Origin: an uncultured delta proteobacterium
GTDB taxonomy: Bacteria; Myxococcota_A; Polyangia; Polyangiales; B10-G4
Reading direction: 5' to 3'
DNA: 64,000 nt
NCBI GenBank assembly: GCA_963727445.1
Contig: CAVSGI010000021.1
Span: 224,001 to 288,000 of the forward strand
The position numbers were made by a program, and so were the translations under genes. Numbering within the stretch: the stretch's first letter is position 1; every line of letters begins with the position of its first letter. A model generated the notes under the pieces. It had not been told where the DNA came from and made no database searches. It worked only from the letters and a program-made list of their open reading frames with translations. Shown piece by piece: positions 29,538-37,503 of the stretch.

Positions 29538-30328
29538 AGCCGCCCCTCGGCCTCATCGGGGTCGTCCACCTCGGGGCGCTCCCCGGCGACCCCGGCTACG
29601 AGAGCGGAGACTTCGGCGCGGCATACGCCCGCGCCCTGGCCGACGCGAAGGCCATCGCCGATGGCGGCGGCGACGCGATCATCGTCGAGAACTTCGGCTC
29701 GGCGCCCTTCGTGAAGGGCACCGAGGGCGATCGCATCCCGCCCCACCAAGCCGCCGCGCTGACGATCGTGGTCCACGAAGCCAAGGCCCTCGGCCTCCCG
29801 ATCGGCGTCAACTGCCTGCGCAACGACGCCATCACCGCGCTCGGCATCGCCGCAGCCGCTGGCGCGGACTTCATCCGCGTCAACGTCCACATGGGCGCCT
29901 ACGTCACCGACCAGGGAATCATCGAGAGCGAGGCCGCCAAGAGCCTGCGCTACCGCGACGCGCTCCACCGTCGCGACATCGCCATCCTCGCCGACGTGCT
30001 CGTCAAGCACGCCTCGCCCCTGACCCCGATCTCCGCGGAGACCGCAGCGCGCGAATGCGTCGGGCGCGGCGGCGCCGACGGGCTCATCGTGACGGGCGTC
30101 GCGACCGGGGCTTCGGTGGATCGACAGCGGCTTGAGGAGGTGCGGGTCGCTGCACCCCACACACCGGTCTTCGTCGGCTCCGGCATGACCCCCGAACGCG
30201 CTCGCGCGCTGACCGGGCTCTTCGACGGCGCGATCGTCGGTACCTACCTCAAGGAAGGTGGCCAGCTCGACGCGCCGATCGACGAAAAGCGGGTCGCGAC
30301 GCTGAAAAAGATCCTCTCCGCGCACTGA
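29534..30328 (+). CDS. BtpA/SgcQ family TIM-barrel protein
   Basis: IGVVHLGALPG, VENFGSAPF, GVNCLRND, FIRVNV, TDQG, DVLVKH, IVTG.ATG, VGSG. Confidence 0.93.
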   Translation: MKPPLGLIGVVHLGALPGDPGYESGDFGAAYARALADAKAIADGGGDAIIVENFGSAPFVKGTEGDRIPPHQAAALTIVVHEAKALGLPIGVNCLRNDAITALGIAAAAGADFIRVNVHMGAYVTDQGIIESEAAKSLRYRDALHRRDIAILADVLVKHASPLTPISAETAARECVGRGGADGLIVTGVATGASVDRQRLEEVRVAAPHTPVFVGSGMTPERARALTGLFDGAIVGTYLKEGGQLDAPIDEKRVATLKKILSAH

Positions 30329-30415
30329 GTGCGTCGTGAGGCGCATCACGCTGCCTCCCGGCGCTGGCCGCCAAGCGTCTTGTGTCTGGCGATCGGCGCC
30401 ACTATGAACGCGCGC

Positions 30416-31552
30416 ATGAGGCGATTCATCTTCGTGTTTCTGAGCCTGGCCCTCGCGGCCTGCGGTAGCTGTGAAGACGACGAGACGGAGGGGACGTCCG
30501 GCGCCGCGACCGGCGAAGGCGCAGCCGAGGAGCCGCCCTTCGAACCGCTGCCGGAGACGGTCGAGTTCGACGAAGCGAAGATGGCGCTGGGCAGGGCGCT
30601 CTACTTCGACACCCGGCTGTCGGGCGACGACACCATCGCCTGCGCCACCTGCCACTCCTTCGAGCACGGCGGCGCCGAGCCGCACCCCGTCTCCACGGGC
30701 ATCAACGGCGCCCAGGGGCCGATCAACGCGCCGACGGTCCTCAACTCGCGCTACAACCTCGCGCAGTTCTGGGATGGACGCGCAGAGGACCTGCAGGCGC
30801 AGGCCGCCGGTCCGGTGGCGAACCCGATCGAGATGGGGGCGACCTGGGAAGGCGTGGTCGAGAAGCTGAAGGGCGTGCCGGAGTACGTCGAAGCCTTCGG
30901 CGCGGTGTACCAGGACGGCATCAACGAGAACAACGTCACCGACGCGATCGCCCACTACGAGGAGACGCTGGTGACCCCCTCGCGCTTCGACGCGTTCCTT
31001 CGCGGAGACGAGAGCGCGCTCAGCGCCCAGGAGAAGCGCGGCTACGAGACCTTCGTCGAGGTCGGCTGCCCCGCCTGCCATCAGGGCATCAACGTCGGCG
31101 GCAGCATGTATCAGAAGATGGGGCTGGTGGAGGACTACTTCGGTACCCTCGACCGCGAGCTGACCGACGCCGACAACGGCCGCTTCAACGTCACCCACAA
31201 CGAGTCGGACAAGCACTTCTTCAAGGTGCCGAGCCTGCGCAACATCGCCCAGACGGCGCCCTACCTTCACGACGGCTCGCAGACCGAGCTCGCTGCGGTG
31301 GTCCGCATCATGGCGCGCCATCAGCTCGGCGCGCAGGTGACCGACGCACAGGTCAACGACATCGTCGCGTTCCTGAACGCGCTCACCGGTGAGCTCCCCG
31401 CTCACGCGGCGCTCCCGGAGGGCGGGATCCCCGGTGGCGCGGTCGCCCCCGCGCCGGTCGAGGGCGAGGGTGCGACCGAGGGTGCGACCGAGGGCGAGGG
31501 CGAGGCCGCCCCCGCGCCGGCCGAGGACGAAGGCGCGACCCAGGCCGGCTGA
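30416..31552 (+). CDS. Di-heme cytochrome c peroxidase (CCP/MauG family) lipoprotein
   Basis: LAAC lipobox; LYFDTRLS, CATCH, NAPTVLN, QFWDGRA, NPIEMG, CPACH, FKVPSLRN..TAPYLHDG. Confidence 0.95.
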   Translation: MRRFIFVFLSLALAACGSCEDDETEGTSGAATGEGAAEEPPFEPLPETVEFDEAKMALGRALYFDTRLSGDDTIACATCHSFEHGGAEPHPVSTGINGAQGPINAPTVLNSRYNLAQFWDGRAEDLQAQAAGPVANPIEMGATWEGVVEKLKGVPEYVEAFGAVYQDGINENNVTDAIAHYEETLVTPSRFDAFLRGDESALSAQEKRGYETFVEVGCPACHQGINVGGSMYQKMGLVEDYFGTLDRELTDADNGRFNVTHNESDKHFFKVPSLRNIAQTAPYLHDGSQTELAAVVRIMARHQLGAQVTDAQVNDIVAFLNALTGELPAHAALPEGGIPGGAVAPAPVEGEGATEGATEGEGEAAPAPAEDEGATQAG

Positions 31553-31609
31553 TCTCCGTCTGCGGGAACCGGTTTGGTCGCAAGGCCGGATGTCGATAAG
31601 GTTCCCCGC

Positions 31610-32380
31610 ATGGGTCAGCGGCTGACGCTGAAGTTCGACGACATGGAGGCGCTCCGTCTCGAAGCGGAGCGCCGCTTGTCGCGGGGGGAGGCGATCGTAC
31701 CCGGGGTCACGGGGCTGGCTGCCTTCATGCCTTGCGAGCTCGCCATCCACCATCCGCTCGGTGGAGAGCCGCTGATCGCCGGCGCCACGGTCATGAGCTC
31801 GCCGGAGGAGCAGGAGCGCGAGGGCAGCGTTCGCCTGATGCTCGACGACACGCTGGGGGACGCGGAGCTCGAAGCCTTCCTCGCGCGCGAGCCCGCCGCA
31901 GGCGAAGCCGATGGTGACGGCTCGGGCGCCGATACGGAGGAAGGAGCAGAGGGGGAAGGCGCCGACAACACCTCCCTCGCGCCTTCGCTCCGCCTCCGCA
32001 AGCTCAAGCATCAGGAGAAGATCAAGCTGGCCCGCACCAGCCAGAGCCTCACCGAGCGCACCGCCCTCGAGCGCATTCTGGGGCGGGAAGGGTGGGAGCC
32101 GCTCCTCGCGAACCGCTACCTGACCGTGCCCGAAGTGGCGCGCATCGCGCGCAAGGGCACGGTGCCGCGCCCCATCATCGAGACCATCGTGGCGAACCAG
32201 ACGTGGCTTCGCGCTGGCGTGATCCGGCGGGCTCTGCTCACGAACACCAAGATGACCACGGAGATGATCACCAAGGTCCTCCGCGCGACGCCGGGGCACG
32301 AGCTGAAGCTGATCCTCAAGCAGACGGCCTATCCACCCGCCGTGCGCATGGCTGCCGAGCGACTCTTCGGCCGCGGCTGA
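31610..32380 (+). CDS. Hypothetical protein (short N-terminal beta domain, acidic linker, helical-repeat C-domain)
   Basis: EKIKLAR..ERTALER..LLANRYLTVPEVARIA..ALLTN pattern; strong GC3 bias. Confidence 0.75.
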   Translation: MGQRLTLKFDDMEALRLEAERRLSRGEAIVPGVTGLAAFMPCELAIHHPLGGEPLIAGATVMSSPEEQEREGSVRLMLDDTLGDAELEAFLAREPAAGEADGDGSGADTEEGAEGEGADNTSLAPSLRLRKLKHQEKIKLARTSQSLTERTALERILGREGWEPLLANRYLTVPEVARIARKGTVPRPIIETIVANQTWLRAGVIRRALLTNTKMTTEMITKVLRATPGHELKLILKQTAYPPAVRMAAERLFGRG

Positions 32381-32383
32381 AGG

Positions 32384-33712
32384 TCAGGCCACGAGGCGGC
32401 CCAGAGGGCCCTCCGTGTAGCCCGGGTGGCCCCAGCGATCGATCGCCACACCGCAGGCGTTGGCGAGGGTCACCAGCAGATCGTTGTGCTGGCGCCCCGT
32501 GAATTCCATGAGGCGCCCGGTCTTCAAGTAGCCGCCACCGCTGCCCGCCACCAGGAAGTCCATGTTCTTGCGGGAGTGCGTGTTGCCCTTCGACAGCGCG
32601 CCGCCCCAGAAGACGACGGTGTTGTCGAGCATCGTTCCGTCGCCCTCGGGGATCGCGTCGAGCTTCGCGAGGAAGTACGCGATCTGCTCGGCGTAGAAGT
32701 GGTTGATCCGCTGGAGCTTGTTCTGCGCGCTCGTGTTGCTGTCGGACTCGTGGGAGAGGCTGTGGTGGCTCTCGCCGAAGCCGAGCCAGTTGAAGGTCTG
32801 ACCGCTGGTCGCGCCGGCGAAGAGGACCGTGCCCACGCGCGTGAGGTCGCACGCGAAGGCCATCGACAAGAGGTCGAGCTGGAGCGCGGCGATCTCCGGG
32901 TGGTTGTCGCGATTCATCGGATCGATCCGGCGCGGCAGCATCGGGTTTTCGCAGGCGGCGCCCGCGGCGGCGGCCGCGTCCATGCGGCGCTCCACGTCGC
33001 GCAGCGACTCGAGGTGGGCGTCGAGGCGATGACGCTCGGACGCGCCGAGCTTGCCCTCGAGCTCCATCAGGTCGCCGCGCACCAGATCGATCACGCTCTG
33101 CCGCTCGTCGCGCACGCGCTGAAGGCCGCTCGGGTCCGCCCCCAGGTCGGCGAAGAGGCGCCGGTAGACGTTCCACGGGTCGTTGTCGGGCGGGATCGGA
33201 TCGTCCGAGCCGCGATAGGCGAGGCGGTCGCGGTTGTTGCTGCCGCGGACGGTGACGCCGAGCTCGAGGGATCCGTAGCGCGTCTCGCTTCCCACCTCGC
33301 GCGCGATGCGCTGATCGATGGAGGGACCGGAGGCCCAGCCGCTGTAGACGTCCCCGTTGCCGCCGCTGAACTCGCCGTCGTTCAGGGGCATCCCGGTGAG
33401 CAGGCCGCCGATGCCCTTCTGGTGTCCGGCGCCGGGGCCCTCCCGGCTGCAGTCCATGTCGAGGCCGCGAACGAGCAGCAGCTTCTCGCGGAAGGGCGCG
33501 AGGGGCTCTAGGATCGGGCCGAGCGTGAAGTCCGTGCCCGAGCCGCTGGCCCAGCGGTCGTGGAGGCTCCCGTTGGGGCTGAAGAAGGCCACGAAGCGCT
33601 TGGGGAAGTCGCCGGAGGCTTTGGCTTCGAGGGTGCGGGCGAAGGGCAGGGCCAGGGTCGCGGCGCCCACGCCGAGGCCAGCGAGGAAATGACGTCGATG
33701 GAGCTTCTTCAC
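32384..33712 (-). CDS. DUF1552 (HXXSHH) family protein with Tat-like N-terminus
   Basis: LHRRHFLAGLG, PKRFVAFFSPNG, SIDQRIA, SLELG, LDAHLESLRDVE, AFACDLTRVGT, HHSLSH, TMLDNT, NTHS. Confidence 0.92.
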   Translation of the reverse strand: MKKLHRRHFLAGLGVGAATLALPFARTLEAKASGDFPKRFVAFFSPNGSLHDRWASGSGTDFTLGPILEPLAPFREKLLLVRGLDMDCSREGPGAGHQKGIGGLLTGMPLNDGEFSGGNGDVYSGWASGPSIDQRIAREVGSETRYGSLELGVTVRGSNNRDRLAYRGSDDPIPPDNDPWNVYRRLFADLGADPSGLQRVRDERQSVIDLVRGDLMELEGKLGASERHRLDAHLESLRDVERRMDAAAAAGAACENPMLPRRIDPMNRDNHPEIAALQLDLLSMAFACDLTRVGTVLFAGATSGQTFNWLGFGESHHSLSHESDSNTSAQNKLQRINHFYAEQIAYFLAKLDAIPEGDGTMLDNTVVFWGGALSKGNTHSRKNMDFLVAGSGGGYLKTGRLMEFTGRQHNDLLVTLANACGVAIDRWGHPGYTEGPLGRLVA

Positions 33713-35364
33713 GGGCTCACCTCCTCCGCGCGCCGGTACAGGAAGGCGTCGGTCCTCGTCAGCGCGATCAGGGCTTCGCGGATGTCCCACCCGGACCCTT
33801 CGAAGGCGGCGTAGACGTCGTCGAGCATGCACTGATCGGCCTCCGTCTCGTTGCGCCCGAAGGTGAAGCGGAACCACTGCTGGGCGACGCACCGACGCAC
33901 CATCTCGCTCTCGGCGAGGCGGTGGCCCAGCTCGAGCGCGCCCTCGAAGGGGCCGTCGGTGTCCGTCTGAATGAGCTCGCCGCGCGCGTCCACCGGCTGG
34001 CCGTTCTCCTCCTGTAGCCGGTACGCGCCGATGGCGTCGTAGTTCTCGAATCCGAAGCCGATCGGATCCATCAGCTGGTGGCAGCCGGCGCAGGCCGGGT
34101 CCTCGCGGTGCGCGATGAAGCGCTCGCGGGTGGAGAGGCTCGGATTGGGGTCCGGGGGGACGACGACCAGGTCCTCGGGAGGCGGCGGGAGGGCCTGGCA
34201 GAAGAGCTGCTCGCGGATGAAGGCGCCGCGCTCCACCGGCGAGCTCTGATTGGGCAGCGAGAGCTGCGCCATGAGCGCCGGGTGGGTGAGCAGACCCATG
34301 CGCTGGGTCGGGTCGACGGGGACGCGCGTCAGCTCGTCGCCGGTGACGCCCTCGACGCCGAACACCGGGGCCAGCCGCGCGTCGACGAACGCGTAATCGG
34401 CGGTGAGCAGCTCGTCGAGGCTGCCATTCTGCTCCCACATCACGTGGTCGATGAAGGCGAGGACGCTCGCCTCCATGGAGTCGCGCATCCCGTCGTCGAA
34501 CTGGGGATAGATCTCCGGATCCTTGCTGACGCCCTGGATCTTCAGGTGCAGCCACTGCTCCATGAAGCGCTGCACGGCGCCGCGGGCGCGCGGATCGTCG
34601 AGCATGCGCCGCGCCTGGTCGGCGACGGCGTCGGGCGTGTCGAGACCACCGGAGGCGGCGAGGTCGAAGAGCGCCGCGTCGGGCATGGTGCTCCAAAGCA
34701 GATAGCTGAGCTTGCTCGCGCGCTCGTAGCCATCGAGGGCGACCACGCTTCCGTCGCCGGCGTCGAGCGCCGAGCCGGCCTCGACGCGGTAGAGGAAGGC
34801 AGGCGATTGCAGCATGGCGCTGATGACGAGACGGATGCCGTTGTCGAAGCCCTCGGTCTTGCCGAAGGTGTAGACGGAGAAGAGTCGGTCGCGCTGGCCG
34901 TCGGTGAGGGGGCGGCGGTAGGCGCGCATCCCGAGGGTGTCGATGAGCTCGGCCGCGCAGGCGTCCTCGCCCATGGTCGCCGGGTCGCATGGAAGGAGAC
35001 TGTCGAGGCGCTCGCTCACCGCGCGCAGCGCGAGCTCCTCGGCGGCGTTCATGTAGAGCTCGTACTGCAGCGGCGACACGGTGGCGCCGAGCTCGAAGCC
35101 GCCACCGTCCTCGTCGGCGGGGAAGGCCCGCGCGGGCTGACTGTCGTCGCCGAGGAGATCGCGGATGGTGTTGTCGTACTCGTCCCGGGTCAGCCGGCGG
35201 AGCGGCGTGATGGGACCGGGATCGAGATCGGGTCCGCACGCGCTCGGGCCGTCTGGGCGGCGATCCACGGCGCTTCCGCCGCCCGAGGCCGAGGGGTCGT
35301 CGATGAGGCCGGTGCAGCCCAGGGCGAGGGCGAGGGGGGCGATGAGCCAGCGATGGGGAGCCAC
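33709..35364 (-). CDS. DUF1592 family (PSD/PSCyt domains) lipoprotein, c-type cytochrome
   Basis: LALGC lipobox; LRRLTRDEYDNTIRDLLG, AYRRPL, LQSPAFLYRVE, ASKLSYLLWSTMPD, SSPVERG, CAGCH, DPIGFGFENYDAIG; start uncertain. Confidence 0.92.
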   Translation of the reverse strand: MAPHRWLIAPLALALGCTGLIDDPSASGGGSAVDRRPDGPSACGPDLDPGPITPLRRLTRDEYDNTIRDLLGDDSQPARAFPADEDGGGFELGATVSPLQYELYMNAAEELALRAVSERLDSLLPCDPATMGEDACAAELIDTLGMRAYRRPLTDGQRDRLFSVYTFGKTEGFDNGIRLVISAMLQSPAFLYRVEAGSALDAGDGSVVALDGYERASKLSYLLWSTMPDAALFDLAASGGLDTPDAVADQARRMLDDPRARGAVQRFMEQWLHLKIQGVSKDPEIYPQFDDGMRDSMEASVLAFIDHVMWEQNGSLDELLTADYAFVDARLAPVFGVEGVTGDELTRVPVDPTQRMGLLTHPALMAQLSLPNQSSPVERGAFIREQLFCQALPPPPEDLVVVPPDPNPSLSTRERFIAHREDPACAGCHQLMDPIGFGFENYDAIGAYRLQEENGQPVDARGELIQTDTDGPFEGALELGHRLAESEMVRRCVAQQWFRFTFGRNETEADQCMLDDVYAAFEGSGWDIREALIALTRTDAFLYRRAEEVSP

Positions 35365-35421
35365 GCGGTCGTCTGATGCAAAGGGCGTGCGACCCCGAGA
35401 TGCGCAGTTGCGCGCACAATT

Positions 35422-35433
35422 CGGCGTGTTTCG
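35422..35433 (-). promoter_or_regulatory. 12-bp motif CGAAACACGCCG, copy upstream of DUF1592
   Basis: Identical to 36813-36824; each copy has TTAA 6-7 bp upstream on the minus strand. Confidence 0.45.
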
Positions 35434-35480
35434 CTGCTTGTTAAGCTGTCTGTAGGGAGCAGTGGCTGCGCCGGAGCGTC

Positions 35481-36785
35481 TCAGGCGCCGGGGCGCGAGA
35501 CGCCGATCCTGGCCAGATGGGAAGGGCTCGCGTGCTCGAGCTCGGCATGGGTGGGGTGGATGCCGTGGATCTCGTCGCCGTAGGCGGATACGCCGCACTC
35601 CGCGACGTCGAGCCCCTCGTGCTCGTGCTCGGCCGAGACGCGAACGCCGCCGGGGAGGCGAGAGAGCGCGATCCAGACCGCGCCGCCGGCGATGAAGGCG
35701 AAGAGCGCGCCGGCGAGGGCGCCGGTCGTCTGGACGCCGAGGAGCGACACGCCGCCGCCGTGGAAGAGGCCGCCCTCGGCGGCGAAGAGGCCGACGGCGA
35801 TGGTGCCGAAGATGCCGCAGATGCCGTGGACGGGGATCGCGCCGACCGGGTCGTCGATCTTCAGGCGGTCGAGGAGGAAGACGCCCTCGACGACCAGGAT
35901 GCCGGCGATGGTGCCGACGATCATCGCTTCGAAGGGGCCGATGACGTGACAGCCGGCGGTGATCGCCACCAGGCCCGCGAGCACGCCGTTCAGGCCCATG
36001 GAGAGGTCCAGCATGCCGGTGCGCATGCGGGTGTGGATCAGACCCGAGAGGAAGCCGGCGGCGCCGGAGAGGTTGGTGACGAGGATGATGGAGGCGATCG
36101 CTTCGGGGTGGGCGGCGAGCTCGCTTCCGCCGTTGAAGCCGAACCAGCCGAGCCACAGGATCAGGACGCCGAGGGCGGCGAGGGGGAAGTTGTGCGCGGG
36201 CAGGGGACGGGGCGAGCCGTCCCTGGCGAACTTGCCGATGCGCGGGCCGATGATCAGCGCGCCGGCGAGGGCCATGCCGCCGCCGACCGCGTGCACCACG
36301 GTGGAGCCCGCGAAGTCGATGAAGCCGAGCTCGGCGAGGAAGCCGCCGCCCCAGACCCAGTGGCCGACGATGGGGTAGATGACGGCGCTGGCGACGGCTG
36401 TGAACGCGAAGAAGGTGCCGAGGCGCGCGCGCTCGGCGACGGCGCCGCTGACGATGGTGGCCGAGGTCGCGGCGAAGACGAGCTGGAAGAAGAGGAAGAC
36501 GTAGAGCGGGAGGTTGTCCGGGGCGCCGGCGACGGCGGTGGTGGCGGCGGGCGCGAAGCCGGCGAGGCCCACGAAGGCGTTGCCTTCGCCGAACATCAGG
36601 CCGAAGCCGATGACGAAGAAGAGGACGGAGGAGAGGGCGACGACGCCCACGTTCTTGAGGAGCACCATCACCGCGTTCTTCTTGCGGCAGAAGCCGCTCT
36701 CCACGAGGGCGAAGCCGGAGTGCATGAAGAAGACGAGGAAGGCGCTGAGCAGCACCCAGATGCTGTCCAAGATGGTCGAGTCCAC
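35481..36785 (-). CDS. amt: Ammonium transporter (Amt family)
   Basis: FFMHSGFALVESG, FQLVFAAT..IVSGAVAER, HWVWGGG, DFAGSTVVH, ILWLGWFGFNGGS, NGVLAGLVAITAG, DDPVGAIPVHG. Confidence 0.97.
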   Translation of the reverse strand: MDSTILDSIWVLLSAFLVFFMHSGFALVESGFCRKKNAVMVLLKNVGVVALSSVLFFVIGFGLMFGEGNAFVGLAGFAPAATTAVAGAPDNLPLYVFLFFQLVFAATSATIVSGAVAERARLGTFFAFTAVASAVIYPIVGHWVWGGGFLAELGFIDFAGSTVVHAVGGGMALAGALIIGPRIGKFARDGSPRPLPAHNFPLAALGVLILWLGWFGFNGGSELAAHPEAIASIILVTNLSGAAGFLSGLIHTRMRTGMLDLSMGLNGVLAGLVAITAGCHVIGPFEAMIVGTIAGILVVEGVFLLDRLKIDDPVGAIPVHGICGIFGTIAVGLFAAEGGLFHGGGVSLLGVQTTGALAGALFAFIAGGAVWIALSRLPGGVRVSAEHEHEGLDVAECGVSAYGDEIHGIHPTHAELEHASPSHLARIGVSRPGA

Positions 36786-36808
36786 GCGGAAACGTTGGCG
36801 CTTTTGGG

Positions 36809-36834
36809 TTTCCGGCGTGTTTCGAGCGGATTAA
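36809..36834 (-). promoter_or_regulatory. 11-bp-periodic direct repeats upstream of amt (TTAAT-N6-GAAAC-N6-GAAAC)
   Basis: Minus strand reads ttaatccgctcgaaacacgccggaaac (extends to 36808); includes the second copy of the 12-mer. Confidence 0.45.
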
Positions 36835-36851
36835 TTCGGGGTGGCGAGCGC

Positions 36852-37460
36852 TCAGTCGCGCGCCAGGCCTTCGAGCGCCGCCGCCCACTGTTCGAGGTCG
36901 GTCAGCGTGGACGTCAGCAGCCCATCCCCCTGGCCGAGGCGCTGCACCTCCTCGCGGAGCTTGTCGAGCGCGCGCCGGATGCGGCTTCGGACCGTTCCCT
37001 CCGGCACTGCGAGGATGGCTGCCATCTCGGGGCCGCTGAGCCCTTCCCAGAAGTGGAGCTCGACGGCGATCTGCAGATCGAGGGGGATGTGACGCAGCGC
37101 CTCCAACAGGAGTCGTGACTCGCGCCCGGCGGCGACGCGCGCGCTCGGAGTCGGCTCGAGATCGTGGAGCGAGCGCACCTCGAAGGAGAGCTGGCGGTCG
37201 CGGCGGGCCTCGCGGTAGTGCGCGTAGAGGACGTTGCGCGCGATGCCGTAGAGATAGGCGCGGGGGCTCACCTCACCGGCGAAGCGGTCGCGGCCTTCGG
37301 TGAGACCGACGAAGGTCTTCTGGACCAGATCGCTGACGTCGCCGCTCACCTTCCGCGCGAAGAACGAATAGATCGCGTCGAAATGACGCTCGAAGAGCGC
37401 GTCGCCCGCGGCGCCGTCGCCCCCTCGCCAGCGCGCGAGGAGCGTGTGATCGTCCTCCAC
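36852..37460 (-). CDS. ECF sigma-70 family sigma factor
   Basis: DHTLLARWRGGD..LFERH..DVSDLVQKTF..YLYGIARN; ELHFWEGLSGPEMAAIL..GTVRSRIRRA. Confidence 0.92.
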   Translation of the reverse strand: MEDDHTLLARWRGGDGAAGDALFERHFDAIYSFFARKVSGDVSDLVQKTFVGLTEGRDRFAGEVSPRAYLYGIARNVLYAHYREARRDRQLSFEVRSLHDLEPTPSARVAAGRESRLLLEALRHIPLDLQIAVELHFWEGLSGPEMAAILAVPEGTVRSRIRRALDKLREEVQRLGQGDGLLTSTLTDLEQWAAALEGLARD

Positions 37461-37503
37461 GGCGGAGCAGGCTATCAGGCATCGACGGCGACGGGCCCGT
37501 ATA

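Noticed and set aside
35376..35392. Sigma-54-like TCGCACGCCCTTTGCAT upstream of DUF1592 on the minus strand
   Set aside because: Good -12 element and spacing, but the near-invariant -24 GG is CG; not called
33709..36888. 1059-aa and 1011-aa ORFs suggesting long N-terminal extensions on DUF1592 and DUF1552
   Set aside because: The extensions are Arg-rich off-frame readings of the upstream genes; real starts with export signals are near 35364 and 33712
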